NCBI GenBank assembly: GCA_963667285.1
Contig: OY763326.1
Location: forward strand, 3,055,546-3,119,545
DNA length: 64,000 nt
DNA from: Alphaproteobacteria bacterium
GTDB lineage: Bacteria > Pseudomonadota > Alphaproteobacteria > MPNO01
Direction of reading: 5' to 3'
Positions within the stretch are counted from its first letter, which is position 1; every line of letters begins with the position of its first letter. The notes below the pieces were generated by a model. It was not told the DNA's origin. It saw only the letters and a list, made by a program, of their open reading frames with translations, and made no database searches. Made by a program: the position numbers and the translations under genes. Shown here one piece after another: positions 36,792-46,124 of this stretch.

Positions 36792-39098
36792 CTACCCCCG
36801 CAAGGCCCGCAGCACCCGTTCCGGCGTCATCGGCAGGCGCCTGAGCCGGGTTCCCGTGGCATGGGCGACGGCGTTGGAGATCGCCGGCGCGATGCCCACG
36901 ATCGGCGGCTCGCCGACGCCCTTGGCGCCGAACGGGCCGTCCTCGTCCGGGTCCTCGACCAGCATGGTGTCGATCTCCGGCGGCACGTCCATGATGCCCG
37001 GAATCTTGTAATCCATCAAAGACGGGTTCGCGAGCCGCCCCGAATCCCACACCATCTCCTCGCACAGCGCGTAGCCCAGCCCCTGGACGATGCCGCCCTG
37101 GATCTGGCCCTCGACCGCCGTCGGGTTGATCGCCTTGCCGATATCGTGCGCCGACCAGACTTTCAGCGGCAGGATCCGTCCGGTCGCTTCGTCGACCTCC
37201 ACCTCGACCGCCTGGGCGGCGAAGATCCAGGCGCCGATCTTGCCGAACGGAAAGCCCTTCAGGTAGCCGCGCTTGGGGTCGAAATCCGGCCCGTCATAGG
37301 CCAGCGAGTTGGTGCCGATGACCGGCCCGCCGGCGACCCAGTGCGAGAAGCCGGAGATGTCGCGGAACCCGATCTCGGCCTCCGGCACGCCCTTGATGCC
37401 GATGCGCCCGCCGTCGCGGAGTTCCAGATCCTCCTCGGCGCACTCCATCATGACCGCCGCGCGCTGCTTGAGCTGGGCCACCGCGTCCTCGGAGGCGGCG
37501 ACCACCGCGCGGCCGGCCATGTAGGTGACACGGCTCGCCGTGGTGCCCCAGTTATAGGGCGAGCCGTCGGTATCCGGCGTGGCCACGCTCACCTGGTCGA
37601 TTTCGAGGCCGAGCGCGGCGGCGCAGATCTGGACCAGCACCGTGTCCGAGCCCTGGCCGTTGTCGACCGCGCCGGTATTCAGCACCGCGGTGCCGTCCTC
37701 GAGGATGCGGACGATCGCGCCCGAGGTCAGCACGCCCGAGATATGCGGGATGCAGGCGAGCCCGATTCCGCGCTTGCGGCCCGACCCGTTGGACACGGCC
37801 TTGCGCTTCCCGTCCCAGCCGCAAGCCGCGCGGACCCGCTCCAGGCATTCCGACAGCCCGGACTTGTTGAGCGCCACGCCGATCATCCACTCCTCGCCCG
37901 GGCGCACGACGTTCTTGAGCCGCAGGTCGATCGGGTCCATGCCGAGCCGGTCGGCGATCTCGTCGATCTGGGTCTCGCCGGCGATGGCGACCTGCGGGCC
38001 GCCGAAGCCGCGGAACGCGCCCGAGCGCAGCTTGTTGGTGTAGACCGGGCGCGATTCGATCGAGACGTTCTCGATGCGGTAGGGCCCGCGGCAGAACAGC
38101 GCCGCGATCCCGGCCACGCCCGGGCTGTCGTCGGCATAGGCGCCGGCGTCGAGGACGATCCGGACCTCGCGCGCGAGCAGCGTGCCGTCGGCCGCCGCGC
38201 CGGTCTTCATCCACACCTTGCCGGGGTGGCGGGAGCGGATCATCTCGAAATCCTGCTCGCGGCTCAGCGTCACCTTGACCGGCCGGCCGGTGGCGCGGGC
38301 GAGCGCGGCGGCGGCGGGCTGCACGGTCTGCTCCATTTTGCCGCCGAAGGCGCCGCCCACCTGCGGGGTGACGCAGCGCAGCTTGGACATCGGTAGCCCG
38401 AGCGAATCGGCGACGAAGGACTGGACGTGGAACACCGACTGGTTGGACGACCAGATGGTGATCTTGCCGTTGGAATCGATCTCGGCCAGCGCCGAGCACG
38501 GCTCCATGTAGGTGTGGCACTGCGCCTGGGTCTCGTAGCTTCCCTCGACGATCGCCGCGCAGCTTTCCCAGGCCGAGTCCACGTCGCCCTCGACGATCTC
38601 GATGATCGCCATCGCGTTGCGGTCGCTGTCGGCCTCGAAGACCTTGATGTAGTCCGCGAAGCCCTCGTGCAGCGCGGGCGCATCCGCGGCGGTCGCCGCG
38701 TCGGTGTCGAACACCGCCGGCAGCTCCTCGTAGGAGATGTCGATCAGCCGCGCGGCCTGCCTGGCGGTCTCCAGATCGACCGCCGCCACCGCGGCCACCG
38801 GCTCGCCCATATAGCGCACCTTGCCGACCGCGAGCGCGGTCTCGTCCTTGACGAAGGGGCCGATCTTGTGGTCGCCGATGTCCGCGCCGGTGACCACCGC
38901 CGCGACGCCGTCGAGCGCGAGCGCCGCGGAGACATCGTATCCCGTGATCCGCGCATGGGCGTGGGGGCTCGGCACGATCACGCCCACCAGCATGTCTGGG
39001 CGCGACATGTCGTCGGCGTAGACCGCCCTGCCGGTGATCTTGTCGCGCGTCTCCAGCCGCGGGATGCCCTGCCCGACGGGGCTCACATAGTCGTTCAT
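36792..39098 (-). CDS. Xanthine dehydrogenase family molybdopterin-binding (large) subunit
   Basis: The ATG (MNDYVSP) follows a GGGAGG SD and overlaps the upstream stop (ATGA). Motifs QVGGAFGGK and the XDH-type loop AFRGFGGPQ are present. Confidence 0.85.
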   Translation of the reverse strand: MNDYVSPVGQGIPRLETRDKITGRAVYADDMSRPDMLVGVIVPSPHAHARITGYDVSAALALDGVAAVVTGADIGDHKIGPFVKDETALAVGKVRYMGEPVAAVAAVDLETARQAARLIDISYEELPAVFDTDAATAADAPALHEGFADYIKVFEADSDRNAMAIIEIVEGDVDSAWESCAAIVEGSYETQAQCHTYMEPCSALAEIDSNGKITIWSSNQSVFHVQSFVADSLGLPMSKLRCVTPQVGGAFGGKMEQTVQPAAAALARATGRPVKVTLSREQDFEMIRSRHPGKVWMKTGAAADGTLLAREVRIVLDAGAYADDSPGVAGIAALFCRGPYRIENVSIESRPVYTNKLRSGAFRGFGGPQVAIAGETQIDEIADRLGMDPIDLRLKNVVRPGEEWMIGVALNKSGLSECLERVRAACGWDGKRKAVSNGSGRKRGIGLACIPHISGVLTSGAIVRILEDGTAVLNTGAVDNGQGSDTVLVQICAAALGLEIDQVSVATPDTDGSPYNWGTTASRVTYMAGRAVVAASEDAVAQLKQRAAVMMECAEEDLELRDGGRIGIKGVPEAEIGFRDISGFSHWVAGGPVIGTNSLAYDGPDFDPKRGYLKGFPFGKIGAWIFAAQAVEVEVDEATGRILPLKVWSAHDIGKAINPTAVEGQIQGGIVQGLGYALCEEMVWDSGRLANPSLMDYKIPGIMDVPPEIDTMLVEDPDEDGPFGAKGVGEPPIVGIAPAISNAVAHATGTRLRRLPMTPERVLRALRG

Positions 39099-39571
39099 GA
39101 CGCGCCTCCCGCGCTCGCCGATCTGACCGCCTCGACCACCTTCACATAGCCCGAACAGCGGCAGAGATTGCCCGACAGCCCGTCGCGGATCTCGGCGTCG
39201 CTCGGGCTCGGGTTGTCCGCCAGCAATGCGGTCGCCGCCACCGCCATGCCCGGCATGCAGAAGCCGCACTGCACCGCGCCATGGTCGAGCAGCGCCTGTT
39301 GCACCGGCGACAGCGCGCCGCCCTCGGCGAGACCCTCCACGGTGACGATCTCGCGTCCGGCGGCGTCGGCGGCAAGCGTCAGGCAGCCGCGCATCACGGC
39401 GCCGTCGATCATCACCGAACAGGCACCGCAGACCCCCTGGTTGCAGCCCCGCTTGGAGCCGGTGAGCGAAATCCGCTCGCGCAATACCTGCAGGAGCGTG
39501 TGCCAGGGCTGGACGAACAGCCGGTGCGTCCGTCCGTTGACCTCGAGCGAGATCGGGATGGCTTCGCTCAT
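39095..39571 (-). CDS. (2Fe-2S)-binding small subunit of Mo hydroxylase
   Basis: Carries CNQGVCGACSV and CGFCMPG cysteine clusters. Confidence 0.9.
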   Translation of the reverse strand: MSEAIPISLEVNGRTHRLFVQPWHTLLQVLRERISLTGSKRGCNQGVCGACSVMIDGAVMRGCLTLAADAAGREIVTVEGLAEGGALSPVQQALLDHGAVQCGFCMPGMAVAATALLADNPSPSDAEIRDGLSGNLCRCSGYVKVVEAVRSASAGGAS

Positions 39572-40422
39572 CGCGCCGCTCCCTTGGCCGCCGCCGCGCG
39601 GAGCGCGCGGCCGAGCAGCGGTTCGACCAGCATCATGCGGTACTCGCCCGAACCCCGGACGTCGTCCACCGGGTCGCAGGCGTCCCGGAGGATCGCCGCG
39701 GCCGCGGCGACATCCTCGTCCGCCAGCGCGGTTCCCGCGAGCCGCGCCTCCGCATCCTCCGCCCGGACCGGGATCGGCCCGCAACTGCCGAGCGCGACGC
39801 GGACGTAGCGGCAAATTCCGGCCTCCATCGCCACCGCCGCGGCAACCGAGACCGTTGCGTAATCGCCTTCGACACGGGCGAATTTCTCGTAGGCCCCGAA
39901 CCCGCCCGCGGGGGAAGGCGGCAGGGTGACGGCGGTGATCAGCTCGCCCGGCTGCAATGCGGTTTCCAGATAGTCGACGAAGAAATCCTGCGCCGGGACG
40001 GCCCGCGCCCCGTCCGGCCCCCGCAGCTCGACCGAAGCGTCCAGCGCCACCAGCGCACCCGGATAGTCGGCCTGCGGATCGCCGTGGCCGATCGACCCGC
40101 CGATGGTCCCCATGTTGCGGATCGCCGGATGGCCGATCGCCCGCGCGGTCTCGGAAATCAGCGCATGCGCGCCGTCGAGACCGGCCGCATCGGCGACCTC
40201 GCGGTGGGTCGTCATCGCGCCGATGCGGAGCCCGCCGCCGGCGTCGGCCGCGATGCCCCGGAGCGCCGCGATATGGCGCAGGCTGACGAGCGCCGAGGGC
40301 ATCACCAGGTCGGCGTTCATCATCGCGACCAGCGTCGCGCCGCCCGCGAGACAGCGCGCATCCTCGTCCGCGGCCAGCAGCGAAACCGCCTCGTCGACCG
40401 TCGACGGGCCGTGAAACTCCAT
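39568..40422 (-). CDS. FAD-binding (medium) subunit of Mo hydroxylase
   Basis: The start is MEFHGPSTVDE. GGAT appears in LAGGATLV. SD GGGGAGG precedes the ATG. A GTG at 40431 is possible but sits 3 nt from the SD. Confidence 0.85.
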   Translation of the reverse strand: MEFHGPSTVDEAVSLLAADEDARCLAGGATLVAMMNADLVMPSALVSLRHIAALRGIAADAGGGLRIGAMTTHREVADAAGLDGAHALISETARAIGHPAIRNMGTIGGSIGHGDPQADYPGALVALDASVELRGPDGARAVPAQDFFVDYLETALQPGELITAVTLPPSPAGGFGAYEKFARVEGDYATVSVAAAVAMEAGICRYVRVALGSCGPIPVRAEDAEARLAGTALADEDVAAAAAILRDACDPVDDVRGSGEYRMMLVEPLLGRALRAAAAKGAAR

Positions 40423-40550
40423 CCCATGCACCTCCCCGAGCGTTGGCCGGCAGCGAGTATGTCCGATGGCGGGAGGACCGGCAAACCCTGTAGCCGGCGG
40501 CGCCGGGGCGGTATTCTCCGCCCGCTCGAAGCCGGTTGGGGAGAGGCGAA

Positions 40551-41543
40551 ATGCCGATGGCGGCGGTGATTCACGAGAAGGGCACGCCCGATGTCTTCCG
40601 TTGGGAAGAGGTCGCGGTCGGCGCGCCGGGCGCGGGCGAGGTTCGCATCCGCAACGAGGCGGTGGGCGTCAACTATGTCGACACCTATCACCGGCGCGGC
40701 ATGCCGCACCCCTGGCCGGTTCCCGCCCTGCCTCTGGTGCTCGGCTTCGAGGGCGCCGGCGTGGTCACCGAGATCGGCGAGGGCGTCGAGGGGCTCGCCC
40801 CGGGCGACCGCGTGGGCTACGCCATGCCGCCGCACGGCGCCTACAGCCAGGAGCGCAACTACCCGGCGGAAAAGGTCGTGCGCGTCCCCGACGGGATCGA
40901 TGCCCGCGCCGTCGCCGCGCTGATGCTCAAGGGGCTCACCGCGCAGTACCTGCTGCGGCGGACCTACCGGGTCGAGCCCGGCGACACGATCCTGGTGCAT
41001 GCGGCGGCGGGCGGAATGGGCCAGATCCTGTGCCAGTGGGGCAAGCATCTCGGCGCGACCGTCATCGGCACCGTCAGCACCAGGGAGAAGGCGGAGCAGG
41101 CGCGCGCGGCGGGCTGCGACCATGCCGTCGTGCATGGCGAGGGCGACTTCGTCGCCACCGTCAGCGAGGTCACCGGGGGCGAGGGCTGCGCGGTGGTCTA
41201 CGAATCGATCGGCAAGGACACCTTCCGCCGCTCGATGGACTGCCTGCGCCCGCTCGGCATGATGGCGAGCTATGGCCACGCCTCGGGCGCGCCCGACCCG
41301 GTCGACGTGATCGAGCTCGGGGCGCGCGGCTCGCTGTTCCTCACCCGGCCGGCGATCATGCACTATATGGCGAAGCGCGAGGATCTGGTCGCCGGCGCGG
41401 AGGACTTGTTCCAGGCCGTGCAAGGCGGCGCGGTCAAGCCCGCGGTCAACCACCTCTACCCGCTCAGCGAGGCGGCCGAGGCCCACCGCATGATCGAGGC
41501 CCGGCGAACCACGGGTGCTACCGTGCTGCTGCCGTTCGGGTAG
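40551..41543 (+). CDS. NADPH:quinone oxidoreductase (zinc-ADH/MDR family, Qor-like)
   Basis: The cofactor-binding motif is AAGGMGQIL; typical MDR-fold sequence. Confidence 0.85.
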   Translation: MPMAAVIHEKGTPDVFRWEEVAVGAPGAGEVRIRNEAVGVNYVDTYHRRGMPHPWPVPALPLVLGFEGAGVVTEIGEGVEGLAPGDRVGYAMPPHGAYSQERNYPAEKVVRVPDGIDARAVAALMLKGLTAQYLLRRTYRVEPGDTILVHAAAGGMGQILCQWGKHLGATVIGTVSTREKAEQARAAGCDHAVVHGEGDFVATVSEVTGGEGCAVVYESIGKDTFRRSMDCLRPLGMMASYGHASGAPDPVDVIELGARGSLFLTRPAIMHYMAKREDLVAGAEDLFQAVQGGAVKPAVNHLYPLSEAAEAHRMIEARRTTGATVLLPFG

Positions 41544-41688
41544 GCACCGGCGATCCTGCGATAGACGGCTTCGCCGCGACTCGGTGCGGAGGATTCTGTA
41601 AGGTCGCCTCACCCCGAGCAGGCGCGCCAGTCCCCGGGCGTTCCCTGAAGGTCGGCGGGGCCATGCGGGAGCTGCGGCGGAGAGGGGA

Positions 41689-42813
41689 ATGGCGGCGAAG
41701 CTGTTCGAACCGATCGAGTTGCGCGGCTTGCGGCTACCCAACCGCATCGTCGTCGCCCCGATGACGCAGTTCTCGGCCGCCGATGGCGTGGCGGGTGACT
41801 GGCACCTGATGCATCTCGGCCAGTATGCGGTCTCCGGCGCCGCGCTGGTATTGACCGAGTCCACCTATGTCGCCGCGGACGCGCGCAACGCGCCCAGCTG
41901 CCTGTCCCTTTACTCCGACGAGCAGGAGGCCGCTCTCGCCCGCATCGCCCGGTTTTTCACCACCCACAGCGACGGGCATTTCGGCGTTCAGCTTTGCCAT
42001 GCCGGGCGCAAGGCCTCCGCCCGGGAACCCTGGAAGGGCGGCGGGCCCCTGCCGGTCGAGGAGGGGGGCTATGAGGCGGTCGCGCCGTCTGCGGTGCCGC
42101 TTTCGGATAAGTGGCCGCCGCCGAGGCCGCTATCCGCCGATGCCGTCTGCGAGGTGGTGCAAGGTTTCGTCGACGCGGCGCTCCGCGCAAGTCGCGCCGG
42201 CGCCAGGGCGATCGAACTGCACGGCGCGCATGGCTATCTGATCCACCAGTTCCTGTCTCCGCTGACCAACCGCCGGAACGACGAATACGGCGGCAGCCTG
42301 GCCAACCGGATGCGTTTCGCGCTCGAAGTGTTCGAGGCCGTCCGGGCGGTCTGGCCGGCCGAGCTTCCCATCGGGATGCGCGTCTCCGCGACCGATTGGG
42401 TGGCGGGCGGCTGGTCGGTCGAGGAAACCGTCGAGCTCGCCCGCGCCCTCGCGGCGCTGGGTTGCGACTACATCCATGTTTCCAGCGGGGGGTTGAGCCC
42501 GGCCCAGCGGATTGCCGTGGGGCCGGGTTACCAGACCCCGTTCGCCGAGGCGGTCAAGGCCGCCGTCGACATGCCGGTGATCGCGGTCGGCCAGATCAGC
42601 GAGCCGCGCCAGGCCGAAACCATCCTGCTCGACGGGCAGGCGGATATGGTCGCCATGGCGCGGCCGATGCTGTTCAACCCTCGATGGGTCTGGCACGCGG
42701 CGCAAGAGCTGGGCGAGACGCTGGCCTACCCGCGCCAGTACGAGCGCGGCCACCCGGACCGGTGGGGCGCGAGCGGCATCAACGCGCCCGGCAACCGCAT
42801 ACCCGGGCGGTAG
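41689..42813 (+). CDS. NADH:flavin oxidoreductase, Old Yellow Enzyme family
   Basis: Carries the OYE signatures HGAHGYLIHQFLSP and RNDEYGGS. Confidence 0.9.
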   Translation: MAAKLFEPIELRGLRLPNRIVVAPMTQFSAADGVAGDWHLMHLGQYAVSGAALVLTESTYVAADARNAPSCLSLYSDEQEAALARIARFFTTHSDGHFGVQLCHAGRKASAREPWKGGGPLPVEEGGYEAVAPSAVPLSDKWPPPRPLSADAVCEVVQGFVDAALRASRAGARAIELHGAHGYLIHQFLSPLTNRRNDEYGGSLANRMRFALEVFEAVRAVWPAELPIGMRVSATDWVAGGWSVEETVELARALAALGCDYIHVSSGGLSPAQRIAVGPGYQTPFAEAVKAAVDMPVIAVGQISEPRQAETILLDGQADMVAMARPMLFNPRWVWHAAQELGETLAYPRQYERGHPDRWGASGINAPGNRIPGR

Positions 42814-42823
42814 GCCTCGCCGC

Positions 42824-44017
42824 CTATGAGGCGGCCGCCGTCTTCCCGCCGGCGATGACCTCGTTGCCCGACGGCACGACGACGATCCCGTCGGCCGGGT
42901 CCCGCAAGGTGCCGGGCGGGTCCTCGCCGCGCTCGACCGCGTCGATCGCCTCGTTCAGCAGGCGGCGGAACATGACCACGCCGCGGTCCGAAGTCGCCAG
43001 ATGTTCCAGCGCGTGCCGGGCGATCGGCCGCTGGCTGACCTGCGCCTCCAAGTCGTCGGGCGCGCGCTGGGTCTCCTCGTAGTCGCGCAGCACCTCCCCG
43101 TCGGGCGGTTGAAACATCCTCTTGCCGGGCTCGATGCGTTCGATGTGGAAGCCGATCGTGTTCTCGTTGTCGACGGGCACCCACCAGCCCACCATGCGGG
43201 CGCGCTCCGTCTCGCCTGCGGAATCGGTGCCGGTCACTTCCGGCGGCGGAATGCACTTGGCCGTCGGCACGAAGATGGTGGAAGTGCGGACCAGCCGGTT
43301 GCCGCCTTGCAGATCGGTCGTCCGGATATAGGAGACGTGCCGGTCCGAACGGACGAAGTCGATCGAAGGCTTGATCCCCATCACGTCGGCGAAATCGAAC
43401 ACGCTTCGATTGGCGCCGTGGAGGGCGTAGATGTGGATCGGGTCGGCGGCGTTCTCGTGGAGCTGCAGCCAGTTGCAGGCCGCCACCGCGCCGCGGCTGT
43501 AGTTGCGGTAGGCGAGATACTCCGCGTCCTCGTCCTCCAGGATGTCGTAGCGCGGCAGGAGCGGCTTTTTCTCCAGCGGCCCCAGATAGGCGAAGACCAG
43601 CCCCCGGTATTCCTCCGCCGGGTACCACGGTTGCCGCACCTCGTGCCTGTAGGGGCTCTCGGCGGGCTCGCCCGGCTGGTCGAGGCATCTGCCTTCCGCA
43701 TCGTAATACCAGCCGTGGTAGCAGCAGCGCAGGCCGTGCTGCTCGATCCTGCCGTATTCCAGCGACGTCCCGCGGTGGATGCAATGCGCTCCCAGCACGC
43801 CGACCCGGCCCGACCTGTCGCGATAGGCGACCAGCTCCTCGTCGAGGATCCTGAGGTGTTTGGGCAGATCGCCGAGCTCCGACGACAGGCATACGGGATG
43901 CCAGTAGCGCCGCATCAGCTCGCCCATCGGCGTGCCGGCCCCGACATGGGTGAGCCTGACGTCTTCTTGCGGAACGATCGCGTTGCGCCCGTAACCGGAC
44001 CCGTCGGAATCGGTCAT
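42824..44017 (-). CDS. Rieske (2Fe-2S) aromatic ring-hydroxylating oxygenase alpha subunit
   Basis: The Rieske motif is CIHRG...CCYHGW. ATG (MTDSDG) is 9 nt behind a GGGAG. Confidence 0.85.
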   Translation of the reverse strand: MTDSDGSGYGRNAIVPQEDVRLTHVGAGTPMGELMRRYWHPVCLSSELGDLPKHLRILDEELVAYRDRSGRVGVLGAHCIHRGTSLEYGRIEQHGLRCCYHGWYYDAEGRCLDQPGEPAESPYRHEVRQPWYPAEEYRGLVFAYLGPLEKKPLLPRYDILEDEDAEYLAYRNYSRGAVAACNWLQLHENAADPIHIYALHGANRSVFDFADVMGIKPSIDFVRSDRHVSYIRTTDLQGGNRLVRTSTIFVPTAKCIPPPEVTGTDSAGETERARMVGWWVPVDNENTIGFHIERIEPGKRMFQPPDGEVLRDYEETQRAPDDLEAQVSQRPIARHALEHLATSDRGVVMFRRLLNEAIDAVERGEDPPGTLRDPADGIVVVPSGNEVIAGGKTAAAS

Positions 44018-44061
44018 CGACAACATCTCCCGGTGCGAATGTCGGCCCCTGTTCCCGGCAT

Positions 44062-44592
44062 TCACAGAGGCTCGGCGCTGACCAGCACGGCGGCGAGCAG
44101 GCAGGGCTCGTCGGTGCGCACGCTCCACGAGTGGTTGGTGCCGCGCTGGATCATCACGTCGCCCGCCTTCAGGCAGACTTCCCCGGTGTCGAGAACGGCC
44201 CAGATCTCGCCCTTGAGGACGACGAGGTAATCCACCGTCGCGGTCTTGTGCATCATCGGATCGTCGCTGGCCGTGTCCGGCGCATGCCCGGCATCGATCG
44301 ATTCGAAGGCGTCCCTCGCATCGGCGCGGTCGCGCCACGCGCTGTCCGGCGGAAACTCGACGATGCGGAAAACGGTCCCGCCCGGCCCCGGTTCGAGCAC
44401 GACGGGACCGTCGGCGGCATCGTCCCGTCCCGCGTTGTCGGCCGGCGCGCCTTTGGTGCGCCACAGCTCGGTGAGCGCGAGCCCCGGCATCGAGTCCATC
44501 TCCTTGACCGTGCCGGCGTTGCCGTCGATGACGAAAACCGACCTGCCCTCGTCGTCCTCTGCGGTGACCACGCGGCGGATCTTCTCGACCAA
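44062..44592 (-). CDS. Cupin domain protein (paralog 1)
   Basis: The cupin core reads GDVMIQRGTNHSW. It is ~45% identical to the ORF at 45557..46093. Confidence 0.75.
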   Translation of the reverse strand: MVEKIRRVVTAEDDEGRSVFVIDGNAGTVKEMDSMPGLALTELWRTKGAPADNAGRDDAADGPVVLEPGPGGTVFRIVEFPPDSAWRDRADARDAFESIDAGHAPDTASDDPMMHKTATVDYLVVLKGEIWAVLDTGEVCLKAGDVMIQRGTNHSWSVRTDEPCLLAAVLVSAEPL

Positions 44593-44595
44593 TTC

Positions 44596-45534
44596 TCAAC
44601 CTCCCCTGATGAGCCTGTTGCGCAAAACGCCGATCCCCTCGACCTCGAGCTCGACCACGTCGCCGTCCGACAAGTAGCGCTCGAGCTCCAGCCCGCAGCC
44701 CCCGCCGACCGTGCCCGAGCCGAAGAATTCGCCGGGGTGAAGGGTCTCGGACTGCGAGACATGGGCGATCAGGTCTTCGAACGTCCAGTGGATGCTGCCC
44801 GAATGGCCGCGCGACCATTCCTCGCCGTTGACGCGGGCGATCATCGTGCAGTCATAGGGGTCGAGCGCGTCGGCGGTCACGATGCACGGCCCGATGACGT
44901 TGCCGCCGTCGAAATCCTTGCCCTTGCCGGGGCCGAGCCCGCCCGGCATCTCGCGCGCCTGCGCATCCCGCGCCGAGAAGTCGTTGAAGATCGAGTAGCC
45001 GAAGATATGGGCGCGCGCCGCGTCGCGCGCGATATCCTTGCCGCCTTTGCCGACGAAAAAGCCGAATTCGAGCTCGTAGTCCATCACCTCGGCGTAGCCC
45101 GGCCACGCCACGTCCTCGCCGTGACCGACCACGGCCAGGCGGTTGGCCTTGTAATAGATCGGCTGGCGGTACCAGATCTCCGGGATCCGGAACGCGTCCG
45201 GCGACGAATCGGGGCGCGATTTCCGCAACACCTCGAAGGCGCGCTTGAGGTGTTCCTCGAAGCACAGGCAGTCGCGGATCTGGGGCGGTTCCGGCAGCGG
45301 CGTGCGCAGCGCGATTTCGGCGCCGGGGACCACGGAGGCCGGCGGCGGGTTCGCCACCACGCGGCGCGCCTCCGCCAGCGCCTCGTCGCCGGCGCGGATC
45401 AGCGCCAGCATCGACGCGAAGGCGGGCCCGCCCGGGGACAGGCCGAGATCGACCACCGCGTCGTCGCCCTCGATCAGGGCGCCGACGCGATCCCGGTCGC
45501 CGGTCGCGCGGTGCCGAAAGGTGACGAGTCTCAC
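44596..45534 (-). CDS. Fumarylacetoacetate hydrolase (FAH) family protein
   Basis: Carries the FAH-fold motifs ...DYELEFGFFVGKGGKD... and ...GSGTVGGGCGLE... Confidence 0.85.
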   Translation of the reverse strand: MRLVTFRHRATGDRDRVGALIEGDDAVVDLGLSPGGPAFASMLALIRAGDEALAEARRVVANPPPASVVPGAEIALRTPLPEPPQIRDCLCFEEHLKRAFEVLRKSRPDSSPDAFRIPEIWYRQPIYYKANRLAVVGHGEDVAWPGYAEVMDYELEFGFFVGKGGKDIARDAARAHIFGYSIFNDFSARDAQAREMPGGLGPGKGKDFDGGNVIGPCIVTADALDPYDCTMIARVNGEEWSRGHSGSIHWTFEDLIAHVSQSETLHPGEFFGSGTVGGGCGLELERYLSDGDVVELEVEGIGVLRNRLIRGG

Positions 45535-45556
45535 GATGCCGCCCGATCCGCCGCGC

Positions 45557-46093
45557 TCACACCGCGTCCGGGACCGGCTCGGCGTCGATCAGGATGAAGG
45601 CCATGCGGCAGGGCTCGCTGCCGCGGTTGACCCAGGCGTGGTTGGTGCCCTTCTGGATGATCACGTCGCCCGCCGTCACGTGGACCTCCGAGTCGTCGAG
45701 CAGCATGTCGATCTCGCCCGACAGCACGATCGCGTAATCGACCGAGTTGGTGCGGTGCATGAAGGGGTGCTTGTTGACGATGTCGCCGGCCGGGATCGCG
45801 CCGAGCGCGGCGGCGACCGCGCTGTGCTCCAGCGCCTCCACCTCCGGCGTCACCGGCGGGAACTCGGTGATGCGGAACACCGTGCCGCCGGGCGGCGGCG
45901 GCGTCCTGATCTCGCCCGTCGCGGGATCCTCGTGGCCCGAGTTGTCGGCCGGGGTCGCGAAGGTGCGCCAGAGCTGGGTCGCGACCAGGTTGCCCACCGC
46001 CCGGGTGCGAACGTTGGGCGCCGCGCCGTCCATGATGACGATCGCCTTGCCGTTCTCGTCGTGGCCGGTGACCACGCGCCGGATGTCGTGCAT
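45557..46093 (-). CDS. Cupin domain protein (paralog 2)
   Basis: The cupin core reads GDVIIQKGTNHAW. Confidence 0.75.
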   Translation of the reverse strand: MHDIRRVVTGHDENGKAIVIMDGAAPNVRTRAVGNLVATQLWRTFATPADNSGHEDPATGEIRTPPPPGGTVFRITEFPPVTPEVEALEHSAVAAALGAIPAGDIVNKHPFMHRTNSVDYAIVLSGEIDMLLDDSEVHVTAGDVIIQKGTNHAWVNRGSEPCRMAFILIDAEPVPDAV

Positions 46094-46124
46094 CTTCTCC
46101 CCCCATCGCGATGACGAGAGGGGA

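Noticed and set aside
36792-40422. Aerobic CO dehydrogenase coxMSL
   Set aside because: The large subunit has the xanthine-dehydrogenase-type AFRGFGGPQ loop, not the CoxL signature loops. There are no coxDEFG maturation genes. It is called a generic XDH-family hydroxylase instead.
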